Shown here: piece after piece, positions 41,039-48,781 of the stretch | Numbering within the stretch: position 1 is the first letter of the stretch | Layout of the letters: every line of letters starts with the position of its first letter | NCBI GenBank assembly: GCA_030614685.1 | Contig: JAUWTO010000002.1 | Span: 1 to 48,781, forward strand | Origin: Candidatus Aminicenantes bacterium | GTDB lineage: Bacteria > Acidobacteriota > Aminicenantia > Aminicenantales > Aminicenantaceae | Direction of reading: 5' to 3' | Length of the DNA: 48,781 nucleotides | Notes under the pieces: model-generated | Database searches by the model: none | Told to the model about the DNA's origin: nothing | What the model saw: the letters and a program-made list of their open reading frames with translations, nothing else | Program-made: the position numbers and the translations under genes

Positions 41039-42108
41039 CCGATGATCTTTCCCAGGTTCTTGATCAACACGGCTTCATGGGTATTCCCCAGGATTTTTTT
41101 GACGGCCAGGATCTCGGCGGCCAGGATCTCGTTCAGGCCCTGCACCAGAACCTGCCTCAGCTGCCGTCCCGGGATCCCGGCGCTCGTGATGGGCACGGAG
41201 TTGATCTCTATTCGGCCGTCCGGGTCGAATAGAAGATTCTGAAACAGGGGAGAGAGGGAAGGCTTGGCGTCCTCCAGACATTTTTCCAGGACGTTCAGCG
41301 AGGCCGGCCCGATCTCCTTGGAAATGTACTTGAAGATCGATTCGAAGATGTGGTTGAAATTTTCCATGAGGTGGTAGATGTCGGCCTGCGATATCTCCAG
41401 GGGCTCGTAGTTTTTAGTGTTTGTGTGGGGGAGCCCCACGACGCCCAGGGCGAAGAAGGCGTAGAGGTTTTTCTGGGTCTCTCTTTGGCCTAAATGGCTG
41501 GAAGCGAAGATGTTTTCCATCCTCTGCTCCTCCTTGATCACGTGATACAGATAGATCTCAGGGGGGTTCCAGGGAATCCTCTTCAGGTGTTCCGGGAACA
41601 GGGGCTTGAGCGTTGCCTCCTGACCAGGGAGGTGTTCGGCGATGAGCGCGGCGTTGGTCATCCTGCGGATCCCGTCCAGGATGAGATCCAGGACGGGGAT
41701 GTAGAACAGGATCTCGTGCTCGTCCCAGCCGTGTTCGCTGTTAAAGGCGTATTCGGCATCTGCGAGGTCGAAGAGAGGGATAAGGTCTTCCGCCGTGAGG
41801 GTCTGCAGCGTGTCCCACATCTCCTCAGGAGTGAACGTCCCGGTCTCCATCAGGTCCTGGAGGCTTTCTGCGTGCTTGACCCCGGGGTATTTCCCGGCCA
41901 TCTGCTCTTTCAAACGAAACATGCCGTCGCCGTCGCTGAACCTCTGCGCTCGTACGCAGAGGTCGCCATTCTTGAAATCCATGGCGTGTCCTGCTTCCGT
42001 CCCGATCTCCAGAGTCCCGGACAATCGGTTCTTCCAGAGCCGGAACAGGAGAAAGGGGAAGGACAGGTCGGACAGGTTTCCGGATAGCCAGACATGCTCC
42101 ATGTACAT
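41029..42108 (-). CDS. DUF4388-like domain protein (function unknown)
   Basis: 359 aa. N-terminal 'GNLSDLSFPFLLFRLWKNRLSGTLEI..GDLCV' resembles the DUF4388 (PatA-N-like) domain. The remaining ~250 aa are unassigned, with no TM or signal peptide. Confidence 0.6.
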   Translation of the reverse strand: MYMEHVWLSGNLSDLSFPFLLFRLWKNRLSGTLEIGTEAGHAMDFKNGDLCVRAQRFSDGDGMFRLKEQMAGKYPGVKHAESLQDLMETGTFTPEEMWDTLQTLTAEDLIPLFDLADAEYAFNSEHGWDEHEILFYIPVLDLILDGIRRMTNAALIAEHLPGQEATLKPLFPEHLKRIPWNPPEIYLYHVIKEEQRMENIFASSHLGQRETQKNLYAFFALGVVGLPHTNTKNYEPLEISQADIYHLMENFNHIFESIFKYISKEIGPASLNVLEKCLEDAKPSLSPLFQNLLFDPDGRIEINSVPITSAGIPGRQLRQVLVQGLNEILAAEILAVKKILGNTHEAVLIKNLGKIIGWN

Positions 42109-42152
42109 ACTTTATAAAGAGTGCCGGGGGTTGTCAAACCTGTTTGAGCCGA

Positions 42153-42857
42153 TCACAGATAGAGGCTCCTGATGAGGAGCGAAAGCCCGACATTGAGGAG
42201 GCTCTTGAGGAACCAGAAGAAGTAGGAGATGAAGAGGGCGCGCTTCAGATCGATCCGGAAGATGTATTTAAGGCCCAGGGCCAGGATGCCGAACATCCAG
42301 AGCTGGAAAAAGTCGAACTGATTCAGCAGGACAGACGGGGTAGATGTGACCTCCAGCTGTGGGAAGAACATGGCTGCGGAGGTCGTAGACTGAAAGAAGG
42401 ATCTCTGGGAAAGCACAAGGAAGGCGCGTACTCCGTTTCCCAGGACTTTGTCGATCAGGTTGGCATGGATCACCGCGGCGAAGACTTGAGCAAAACGCCC
42501 TTCGGTCGATCCCATGCGGCCCAGGACCAGAATGACCAAACTCGATATCAACAGACTGGCCACAAAGCCGAGGGCCGCCATGATATACCCGGCATAGGTC
42601 TGCCACTGGGGCGGGTTTTCCCGACTCTCGATGATGCTTTCGAGCTGCTCCTCGCCGTAGCGGTCCCGGAATCTGGCGTCATCCTTCAGGAGTTGGGTCT
42701 GGTCTTTCTGCAGATAGGGAGCGGCGAGGTAGGTGAAGATGAGCACGCCGATCAAGGCCACCAGCAGGACGTCCATCCAGGCCGGCTTTTCAGCCAGGGC
42801 CTTGAATGTGATGTCGGGACTGAAAAAGGTGCCCTGGACGCGTTTGAAAAACCCCAT
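42153..42857 (-). CDS. Yip1-family integral membrane protein (YknW-like position)
   Basis: 234 aa. 'MGFFKRVQGTFFSPDITFKALAEKPAWMDVLLVALIGVLIF' is a Yip1-type N-terminus. Five predicted TM helices with a ~50-aa loop after TM1. Starts 3 nt after the ATPase stop. Confidence 0.65.
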   Translation of the reverse strand: MGFFKRVQGTFFSPDITFKALAEKPAWMDVLLVALIGVLIFTYLAAPYLQKDQTQLLKDDARFRDRYGEEQLESIIESRENPPQWQTYAGYIMAALGFVASLLISSLVILVLGRMGSTEGRFAQVFAAVIHANLIDKVLGNGVRAFLVLSQRSFFQSTTSAAMFFPQLEVTSTPSVLLNQFDFFQLWMFGILALGLKYIFRIDLKRALFISYFFWFLKSLLNVGLSLLIRSLYL

Positions 42858-42860
42858 GGG

Positions 42861-43565
42861 TTACGCTCCCTTTCTCTCTTCGCGCTCGATCTTCCCATCC
42901 CGGATGTAGATGATCCGCTGGGCCTGCGAGGCGATATCCGGGTCGTGCGTGACTATGATGATGGTATTCCCTTGGGAGTGGATCTTGTGGAACAGCTTGA
43001 GGATCTCGTTGCCGGTCTTGGAATCGAGGTTCCCGGTCGGTTCATCCGCCAGCAGTATAGACGGCTCGTTGGCCAGGGCTCGGGCGATGGCCACCCGCTG
43101 GCGTTCTCCACCGGAAAGCTCGGATGGCCGATGGTCCATCCGGTGGGAGATCTCGACCATGTCCAGGGCCTGCCGGACCTTGCGGCTCCTCTCTTTTTTT
43201 GAGGTGCCCCGATAGATCAGGGGCAGCTCCACGTTGTGGAATGCAGAAGCTCTGGGCAGAAGATTGAAAACCTGAAACACGAAGCCGATCTCCTGGTTGC
43301 GGATGTGTGCCAGCTCGTTCTCCGTCAAGCTGCTGACCAGTTGATCGTTCAACCAGTACTCCCCCCGGCTGGGCGTGTCCAGGCATCCCAGAAGATTCAT
43401 GAGGGTGGATTTTCCCGATCCCGACGGTCCCATGATGGCCAGGAATTCGTTTCGTGCCACCGTCATGGAAACCCCGCACAGGGCATTGACCTCCTGCTGC
43501 CCCAGCTGGTAGATCTTCCAGAGGTCCTCGGAACGGATCATGGCGCTATTGGCAGGTTCCATCAT
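42861..43565 (-). CDS. ABC transporter ATP-binding protein, MacB/LolD/FtsE type
   Basis: 234 aa. Walker A '[10 protein letters not shown]', 'FVFQ', signature '[15 protein letters not shown]', Walker B '[12 protein letters not shown]', 'IIVTHD'. ATGA overlap with the adaptor stop. Confidence 0.9.
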   Translation of the reverse strand: MMEPANSAMIRSEDLWKIYQLGQQEVNALCGVSMTVARNEFLAIMGPSGSGKSTLMNLLGCLDTPSRGEYWLNDQLVSSLTENELAHIRNQEIGFVFQVFNLLPRASAFHNVELPLIYRGTSKKERSRKVRQALDMVEISHRMDHRPSELSGGERQRVAIARALANEPSILLADEPTGNLDSKTGNEILKLFHKIHSQGNTIIIVTHDPDIASQAQRIIYIRDGKIEREERKGA

Positions 43566-44797
43566 TCCCCCTCGCTTTTCGCCTCCGGCTTTACCAGGGT
43601 ACCGTCCTTGAGCTGGCGGAGAGCCGAATAAGGTCCCACCACGATGGTCTGCCCGCCTTCCAGACCGGAGGTGATCTCGACCTGCAGTTCCCCCATGATC
43701 CCCTTGATGATCGGCGTGAACGTCACGCGGCTGTCAGGGCCCACCACGTAGAGGCCTTCGATCTGCTCTCCGCCTCTCCTGCCGCGGTCCTCCGGGTCTT
43801 CCTTAATGATGAGTGCGGATATGGGCACGGCAACGACATTCTTCCTCTCGGCCGTGATGATATCCGCAGAGGCAGACAGGCCCGGCTTCAGGTTGTCGGG
43901 AGGATCCATGAGAGTGATCACGACCTTGAAATCCCGGGATTCTTCCGAAGCGGTGATCCTAGCAAGCGCCGAGCTGCCGATCTCCGTGACACGGCCTGAG
44001 ACGATGCGGTCGGGGAACGCGTCCACCTGGACATCTGCAGGGTGCCCGATCTCCAGCGCCACGACATCGGTCTCATCCACCTCGACCTCCACCTCCATGA
44101 CCGACAGGTCGGCGATGGTCATAAGCACGGTGCCGGGGTTGTTCATGGTCCCCACCAGGGCCGTTTCCCCCTCTTCCACCTGGAGGCTAGCGATAATCCC
44201 CGCGATGGGCGAGGTGTACACGGTCTTTTCGATGTTGTCCAGGGTGCTCTTGAGCGAGGCCTGGGCCTGACGGATCTGATAGATTATCGCGTCTTTGCCG
44301 GCGTTCGATATGTCATACTGGGCCATAGCGGCCTCCAGTTCCTCCCGTGAGATCAGCTGTTTATCCCACAGGTTCTTCTGCCGACCCAGATTTCTCTCAT
44401 CCCGCTTGAAATAGGCCTCAGCCTTGATGAGCTCGGCATTGAGAGAACGGATGAAGGCCCTGTCCCTCTCGGCGTTGGCCTCGTACTGGATCGCTTCCAG
44501 TTTGAGCAGGAAGTCCCCCTCCTGTACGATCTGCCCCTCCTCGACGGCGATCTTTATGACGCGGCCCGGGATCTGGGCGCTGATGTTGACGCTCTTTTTC
44601 GGCTTCACCTCGCCGGAAGCGGATATGATCGCGGCCAGATCATCCGTCGACACTTTTTCCACTGAGACCTTGATGGCCTTCTCCCGTTTGGACTGTAGAT
44701 TGGATAGAACGATGACTGCGATCACGGCCACAACAGCCAGGAATATGAGGAACTTCTTGGTCTTCATTTTCTCGATCCTTACTCGGTAGTGTGCCAT
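43562..44797 (-). CDS. Periplasmic adaptor (HlyD/MacA-type membrane fusion protein)
   Basis: 411 aa. TM anchor '[18 protein letters not shown]'. '[43 protein letters not shown]', a coiled-coil hairpin, '[19 protein letters not shown]', '[12 protein letters not shown]'. Alternative start ATG 44767. Confidence 0.85.
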   Translation of the reverse strand: MAHYRVRIEKMKTKKFLIFLAVVAVIAVIVLSNLQSKREKAIKVSVEKVSTDDLAAIISASGEVKPKKSVNISAQIPGRVIKIAVEEGQIVQEGDFLLKLEAIQYEANAERDRAFIRSLNAELIKAEAYFKRDERNLGRQKNLWDKQLISREELEAAMAQYDISNAGKDAIIYQIRQAQASLKSTLDNIEKTVYTSPIAGIIASLQVEEGETALVGTMNNPGTVLMTIADLSVMEVEVEVDETDVVALEIGHPADVQVDAFPDRIVSGRVTEIGSSALARITASEESRDFKVVITLMDPPDNLKPGLSASADIITAERKNVVAVPISALIIKEDPEDRGRRGGEQIEGLYVVGPDSRVTFTPIIKGIMGELQVEITSGLEGGQTIVVGPYSALRQLKDGTLVKPEAKSEGE

Positions 44798-45013
44798 TTA
44801 AACTACGTCCCTTGTCTGAAAAAGTTCAATGTGTGAGATCTCCCTCCGATCTCTTCCTGTCCGGTGACCTCTCGCCTTCTAAGTCTATCCTGTTTGGTAG
44901 GCGGAAGCAACCGGTTCAGGCTAGATATACCGTCCCCCACGCCTGATTATTCAATCATTTTCCAGGGCCTCCAGAGTTGAATGATGGGGGGAGAGTTGAT
45001 AAGATGGATCATT

Positions 45014-45823
45014 ATGGAGTGGGAGACCTACCTGCAGGCTGCTCAGGAGGCTGCGCGCCTGGCGGGAGATATGCTGCAGGCGCACCGCGCATCTGAACCT
45101 TCGATCTCTTACAAGGGTGCCGTGGATCTCGTCACCGAGTCCGACAGGCAGTCACAGGCTGTGATCGTGGACCATTTAACGGAACGCTTTCCGGATCATG
45201 ACTTCCTTGCGGAGGAGGATTTGTCCGAGAAGCGAGGATCGGAATTCTGCTGGATCATCGATCCCCTTGATGGCACCACGAACTTTGCCCACGGCTTTCC
45301 CGTGTTCTCGATCTCCATCGCCCTGCAGAAACGGGGAGAGACTGGCGTGGGCGTGGTGTTCGATCCGACGCGCGGCGAGATGTTCACGGCCCTCCGGGGA
45401 AGCGGAGCCGAACTCAATGGACGCAGGATATCCGTATCCTCAATCGCCGAGCTGGACCGCAGCCTGCTCGCCACGGGATTTCCCTATGATATCCGGGAAA
45501 GCCGGGAAAACAACCTGGATCATTTCGCTGATTTTGCCGTACGGGCCCAGGCCGTCCGACGCTGCGGTTCTGCAGCCCTGGACCTGTGTTATGTGGCCTG
45601 TGGTCGCTTCGACGGTTTCTGGGAACTCAAACTCGCTTCCTGGGACGTGGCCGCCGGCCTGCTCATGGTGACCGAAGCGGGGGGGCGGGTGACCGATTTC
45701 CAGGGAGGGCCTCCGGACTCTTCCGGCAGGGAGACCACGGCCTCGAACGGCCTCATCCATGATGCGCTGATCCAGGTGCTGCAGCTGCGTCGAACCGAGT
45801 CTTTTTCAGAAAAAAGTCCATAG
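45014..45823 (+). CDS. suhB: Inositol-monophosphatase-family phosphatase (SuhB-like)
   Basis: ORF 44981 trimmed to ATG 45014 ('MEWETYLQAAQEAARLAG'). 'FLAEEDL', 'WIIDPLDGTTNFAHGFP', 'WDVAAGLLMVTEAGG'. Confidence 0.85.
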   Translation: MEWETYLQAAQEAARLAGDMLQAHRASEPSISYKGAVDLVTESDRQSQAVIVDHLTERFPDHDFLAEEDLSEKRGSEFCWIIDPLDGTTNFAHGFPVFSISIALQKRGETGVGVVFDPTRGEMFTALRGSGAELNGRRISVSSIAELDRSLLATGFPYDIRESRENNLDHFADFAVRAQAVRRCGSAALDLCYVACGRFDGFWELKLASWDVAAGLLMVTEAGGRVTDFQGGPPDSSGRETTASNGLIHDALIQVLQLRRTESFSEKSP

Positions 45824-45838
45824 AAAGGTGATAAAGCC

Positions 45839-46456
45839 ATGTCTGCCTTGTGCCCGAACAACAGAGCGGGAGGAACAGCCCCTCTCACCGCCGTCCTCCG
45901 GATCCTGATGCACCGCTTCATCTTCCTGGCCGCCGCCCTCTCCTTCACATCCGGTCAGGCAGAGCTCACGGGACAGATCCTGCAGGAGACCCGGCCGGTT
46001 CTGGGAACAGACCGCTTCTACCGCATCGGAGTTCCTGCCGATACGGCCTGGACCGACACCCGCTTCGATGTCAAGGCTGCCCAGAGGATCACGTTTCGAG
46101 CCCAGGGAGGGATCTCTCTGCAGCAGGGAAATCCCGGAGGCTACTGCGGACCTGACGGCCTGGGATTTTCCACGGTCCAGCAGCCCATTCCAGACACAAA
46201 CTTCGGCGCCCTCATCGGAAAGGTCGTACTCCTGATCTCCATCGACGTGGATGAGGAGACCGGGGAGGAGACGCGCAATGAGATCGTCGAGTTTTTCTAC
46301 ATCGGATCAGAGCAGAGCGTGGAGATGCCGATCGACGGCAGCCTGTATCTGGGGATCAACGAACTCGTGACCGATGACAATTCCGGCGTCCTGAGCGTGC
46401 AGTTCGAGCTGGAAGAAAGGATCCTGCGGCGTGGGCGGCTCGGTCAGCGGGAGTGA
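45839..46456 (+). CDS. Secreted hypothetical protein, possibly PA-IL/LecA-like beta-sandwich
   Basis: 205 aa. AGGTGA lies 6 nt before ATG 45839 (alternative ATG 45908). Hydrophobic 'FIFLAAALSFTSGQA'. 'AAQRITFRAQGGISL..GYCGPDGLG..GALIGKV..FFYIGSE..DGSLYLGINE..DDNSGVLSVQF' recalls PA-IL-like domains (from memory only). Confidence 0.5.
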   Translation: MSALCPNNRAGGTAPLTAVLRILMHRFIFLAAALSFTSGQAELTGQILQETRPVLGTDRFYRIGVPADTAWTDTRFDVKAAQRITFRAQGGISLQQGNPGGYCGPDGLGFSTVQQPIPDTNFGALIGKVVLLISIDVDEETGEETRNEIVEFFYIGSEQSVEMPIDGSLYLGINELVTDDNSGVLSVQFELEERILRRGRLGQRE

Positions 46457-46466
46457 GACCCGGGCC

Positions 46467-47825
46467 TCAGATTTTGCGTTTGCTGATCTGCTTATCCAGC
46501 ATACTTTCCAGGAACTGGATGTCGTACCGTCCCTTTTTGAAATCCGAGTTGGCGAGGATGCTCATGTGCAGCGGGATGTTCGTCTTAATCCCCACGATGG
46601 TGGTCATTTCCAGGGCCGTACGCATCTTGTTTATGACTTCCTTTCGGGAGGGCGCGACCGCGACGATCTTTGCGACCAGCGAATCGTAATCCGGGGGGAT
46701 GATCCAACCTTCGTAAGCCGCGGTATCCACACGGATTCCCTGCCCGCCGGGCAGCACCAGAAATTCGATCTTCCCGGGTGAAGGGATAAACGTCTCCGCA
46801 TCCTCGGCGTTGATGCGGCATTCCATGCTGTGTCCCTGCATCCGGAGATCTTGAGGCAGGGAGAGTTTCTCTCCAGCCGCCAGGCGGATCTGTTCCTTTA
46901 TGAGATCGATCCCGTATGTCATTTCGGTGATGGTGTGCTCCACCTGGACCCTCGTGTTGACTTCCATGAAATAGAAATTCTTCTGCTCGTCCACCAGAAA
47001 CTCGAAGGTTCCCAGGCTCTGGTAATCGATAAAGCTGGTCGCGTCCTCGACTGCCTTGGTGATCCGCCTGCGGGTCTTTTCATCGATGAATGTCGAGGGG
47101 GTCTCCTCGATGACTTTCTGGTGTTTTCTCTGGATCGAGCATTCCCGTTCGCCGAAGGCCAGCGAACGGCCTTGGGCATCCCTGATGACCTGGATCTCGA
47201 TGTGCCGGGCGCCCTCGATGTATTTCTCCATGTACAGGGAAGGGTCACCAAAGGCGGCTTTGGACTCGTACTGAGCGATGGAGAACTGTTCTTCCAATGT
47301 CGCCGGGGCCCGGACGATGCGCATGCCCTTGCCGCCCCCTCCAGACGCCGCCTTGAGGATGAGAGGGTACTTTATCTTCTTGCCCAACCTTTTCGCTTCA
47401 TCGATGTCAGCCACAATCGTGTCCGAACCGGGAGTGATTGGAAGCTTGGCTTTTTTCATCTCCTGCCGCGCACGGCTTTTATCCCCCATGAGGCTCATCA
47501 CTTCAGCAGAGGGGCCAATGAAGGTGATGCCCGAGGTCTCACAGATCTCGGCAAAACGGGGGTTTTCTGCCAGAAACCCGTATCCGGGGTGGATGGCATC
47601 CGCCTTGGTGATCTCGGCTGCGCTGAGGATGTTGGGTATGCTGAGATAACTTTCGGCTGCCTTAGCCGGTCCGATACAGACTTTTTCATCGGCCAGCATG
47701 GTGTGTAGGGCGTTTCTGTCCGGCTCGGAATAGACGGCAACCGTCTTCAACCCCAGTTCCTTTGCAGAGCGGATGATCCTGAGGGCGATCTCTCCGCGGT
47801 TGGCGATCAGGATTTTGGAAAACAT
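46467..47825 (-). CDS. accC: Acetyl-CoA carboxylase, biotin carboxylase subunit
   Basis: ORF trimmed to ATG 47825 ('[19 protein letters not shown]'). '[10 protein letters not shown]', '[12 protein letters not shown]', '[14 protein letters not shown]'. Confidence 0.95.
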   Translation of the reverse strand: MFSKILIANRGEIALRIIRSAKELGLKTVAVYSEPDRNALHTMLADEKVCIGPAKAAESYLSIPNILSAAEITKADAIHPGYGFLAENPRFAEICETSGITFIGPSAEVMSLMGDKSRARQEMKKAKLPITPGSDTIVADIDEAKRLGKKIKYPLILKAASGGGGKGMRIVRAPATLEEQFSIAQYESKAAFGDPSLYMEKYIEGARHIEIQVIRDAQGRSLAFGERECSIQRKHQKVIEETPSTFIDEKTRRRITKAVEDATSFIDYQSLGTFEFLVDEQKNFYFMEVNTRVQVEHTITEMTYGIDLIKEQIRLAAGEKLSLPQDLRMQGHSMECRINAEDAETFIPSPGKIEFLVLPGGQGIRVDTAAYEGWIIPPDYDSLVAKIVAVAPSRKEVINKMRTALEMTTIVGIKTNIPLHMSILANSDFKKGRYDIQFLESMLDKQISKRKI

Positions 47826-47835
47826 GTGCGGCCCC

Positions 47836-48306
47836 TTACGCGGGTTTGATGGCGAACAGTTTCTGGCCGTACTCAACGGGCTTGCCGTTCTTGACGAAGA
47901 TCTCTTCGATGACGCCATCGACCTCCGCCTCGATCTCGTTCATGAGTTTCATGGCTTCTATGATACAGAGCGTCTGGTTCTTTTTGACCGTCTCGCCTTT
48001 CTCCACAAAGGGGGGCGATGACGGGTCAGGCGCCCGATATAAGGTTCCTACCATGGGGGAAGACACATAATCCAGGTCTTCGCGCTCTTCCGGGCCGGGA
48101 GCTCCCTCGTTCGCGGCCATCAGGGAGGCCCCCTTTGGCTGCGAGGCCGCGGCTGCTGTAATAATCTCCAGAGGCGCAGCAGGGGTCTCGCCGCGGCCTA
48201 TGCTGATCTTGAACCCTTCCACTTCCAGCTCGAATCGAGAAAGATTCCGCTCGTCGAGAAGGTCTATGAGTTTGAGGATTTCCTGATAATCTATTTTGGA
48301 TTTCAT
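47836..48306 (-). CDS. accB: Biotin carboxyl carrier protein of acetyl-CoA carboxylase
   Basis: 156 aa. Biotinyl-lysine block '[14 protein letters not shown]'. Ala/Pro-rich linker. GAGGAG precedes ATG 48306. Confidence 0.9.
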   Translation of the reverse strand: MKSKIDYQEILKLIDLLDERNLSRFELEVEGFKISIGRGETPAAPLEIITAAAASQPKGASLMAANEGAPGPEEREDLDYVSSPMVGTLYRAPDPSSPPFVEKGETVKKNQTLCIIEAMKLMNEIEAEVDGVIEEIFVKNGKPVEYGQKLFAIKPA

Positions 48307-48351
48307 GTATGCTCTCCTCAGAAATCAAGACGGGCCATTTTCGTGCTAAAT

Positions 48352-48380
48352 ACACTATGCCGAATACTTCTCTTTGTCAA
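48352..48380 (-). promoter_or_regulatory. Predicted sigma70-type promoter for accBC
   Basis: Minus strand TTGACA (48380-48375) - 17 nt - TAGTGT (48357-48352), about 45 nt upstream of ATG 48306. Confidence 0.45.
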
Positions 48381-48453
48381 GGCTACCTGGATTTTCTGTT
48401 ATGCGCAGAGTATAATGGCTCATTCATCATGAATCGAAGTCCAAAGTAAAATC

Positions 48454-48781
48454 ATGCTCGAGCAGTTATCGGATCGAATGCAGTCTGTCGTCAAATTCCT
48501 CCGCGGTGAGGCCAAGATCACCGAAAAGAACATGGCAGAGGCACTGAAAATGATCCGGATGGCCTTCCTGGAAGCAGACGTCAATTACAAGGTCGTCAAA
48601 GAGTTTGAAGCGCACATCAAGGAAAAGGCGCTGGATGAGAGGGTTCTGACGAGCTTGACCCCGGCTCAGCAGGTCATCAAGATCGTTCGTGACGAGCTGA
48701 CCGCCATGCTGGGGCATGCCGAGAGCAAGCTGGAGTTTGCTTCCGGTCCCCCCTCCATCTTCATGCTGGTGGGGCTGCAGG
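48454..48781 (+). CDS. ffh: Signal recognition particle protein Ffh (5' partial, runs off window)
   Basis: Hand translation from ATG 48454: MLEQLSDRMQSVVKFLRGEAKITEKNMAEALKMIRMAFLEADVNYKVVKEFEAHIKEKALDERVL..PSIFMLVGLQ, the typical Ffh N-domain running into the start of the G-domain. It is open to the window end, so it is absent from the ORF track. TATAAT at 48411-48416. Confidence 0.85.
   Translation, partial: MLEQLSDRMQSVVKFLRGEAKITEKNMAEALKMIRMAFLEADVNYKVVKEFEAHIKEKALDERVLTSLTPAQQVIKIVRDELTAMLGHAESKLEFASGPPSIFMLVGLQ

Noticed and set aside
48466-48717. 83-aa minus-strand ORF at the right edge
   Set aside because: It is antisense to the clear ffh N-domain reading frame.
1-48781. CRISPR arrays, rRNA genes, transposases/IS elements, prophage or toxin-antitoxin modules
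   Set aside because: I looked for regularly spaced direct repeats, rRNA-like conserved stretches and recombinase or toxin motifs in the ORF translations. None was found. The only repeat structures seen are the 19944-20106 hairpin pair and the protein-level paralogues.

Overview
G+C-rich bacterial chromosomal window with about 44 protein genes and two tRNAs. There is no rRNA, CRISPR array, transposase or integrase. Housekeeping blocks are mltG-ruvX-ddl (minus), tRNA-Gly(GCC)+tRNA-Cys(GCA), pyrK-pyrD-pyrF (minus), a class I/II aminotransferase, ppdK, an HDAC-family deacetylase, cutA, an M20 peptidase, pgsA, hflX, miaA, a suhB-like phosphatase and accB-accC. The 5' end of ffh runs off the right edge and is absent from the ORF track because it has no stop. 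Between these sit envelope-directed accessory blocks. Their family content (CarboxypepD_reg/TonB-type barrel, GWxTD proteins, Acidobacteria-type VWA-related proteins) suggests Acidobacteriota or a related lineage; this is inference only. Main candidates: (i) 112-10947, an all-secreted cluster of an OM barrel plus TPR, alkaline-phosphatase-like and GWxTD modules with no assigned function. (ii) 25907-29581, three tandem diverged paralogues of a VWA-related secreted protein with no visible MIDAS motif, preceded by a near-consensus sigma54 element. (iii) 41029-44797, a MacA-like adaptor, MacB-type ATPase, Yip1 membrane protein and DUF4388 protein with no FtsX permease (YknWXYZ-like minus the permease). 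It is followed by an unannotated 28-codon membrane-peptide ORF bridging to an SD-less TTG-initiated miaA. (iv) 29952-36853, a six-gene translationally coupled glycan-assembly operon with two promoter/ATG geometries predicting leaderless mRNAs, one a perfect TTGACA-N17-TATAAT. (v) A tandem hairpin repeat in the aminotransferase-ppdK spacer. Many long ORFs in the track are antisense artefacts of high G+C. All family calls come from motif recognition by eye; no searches were run.
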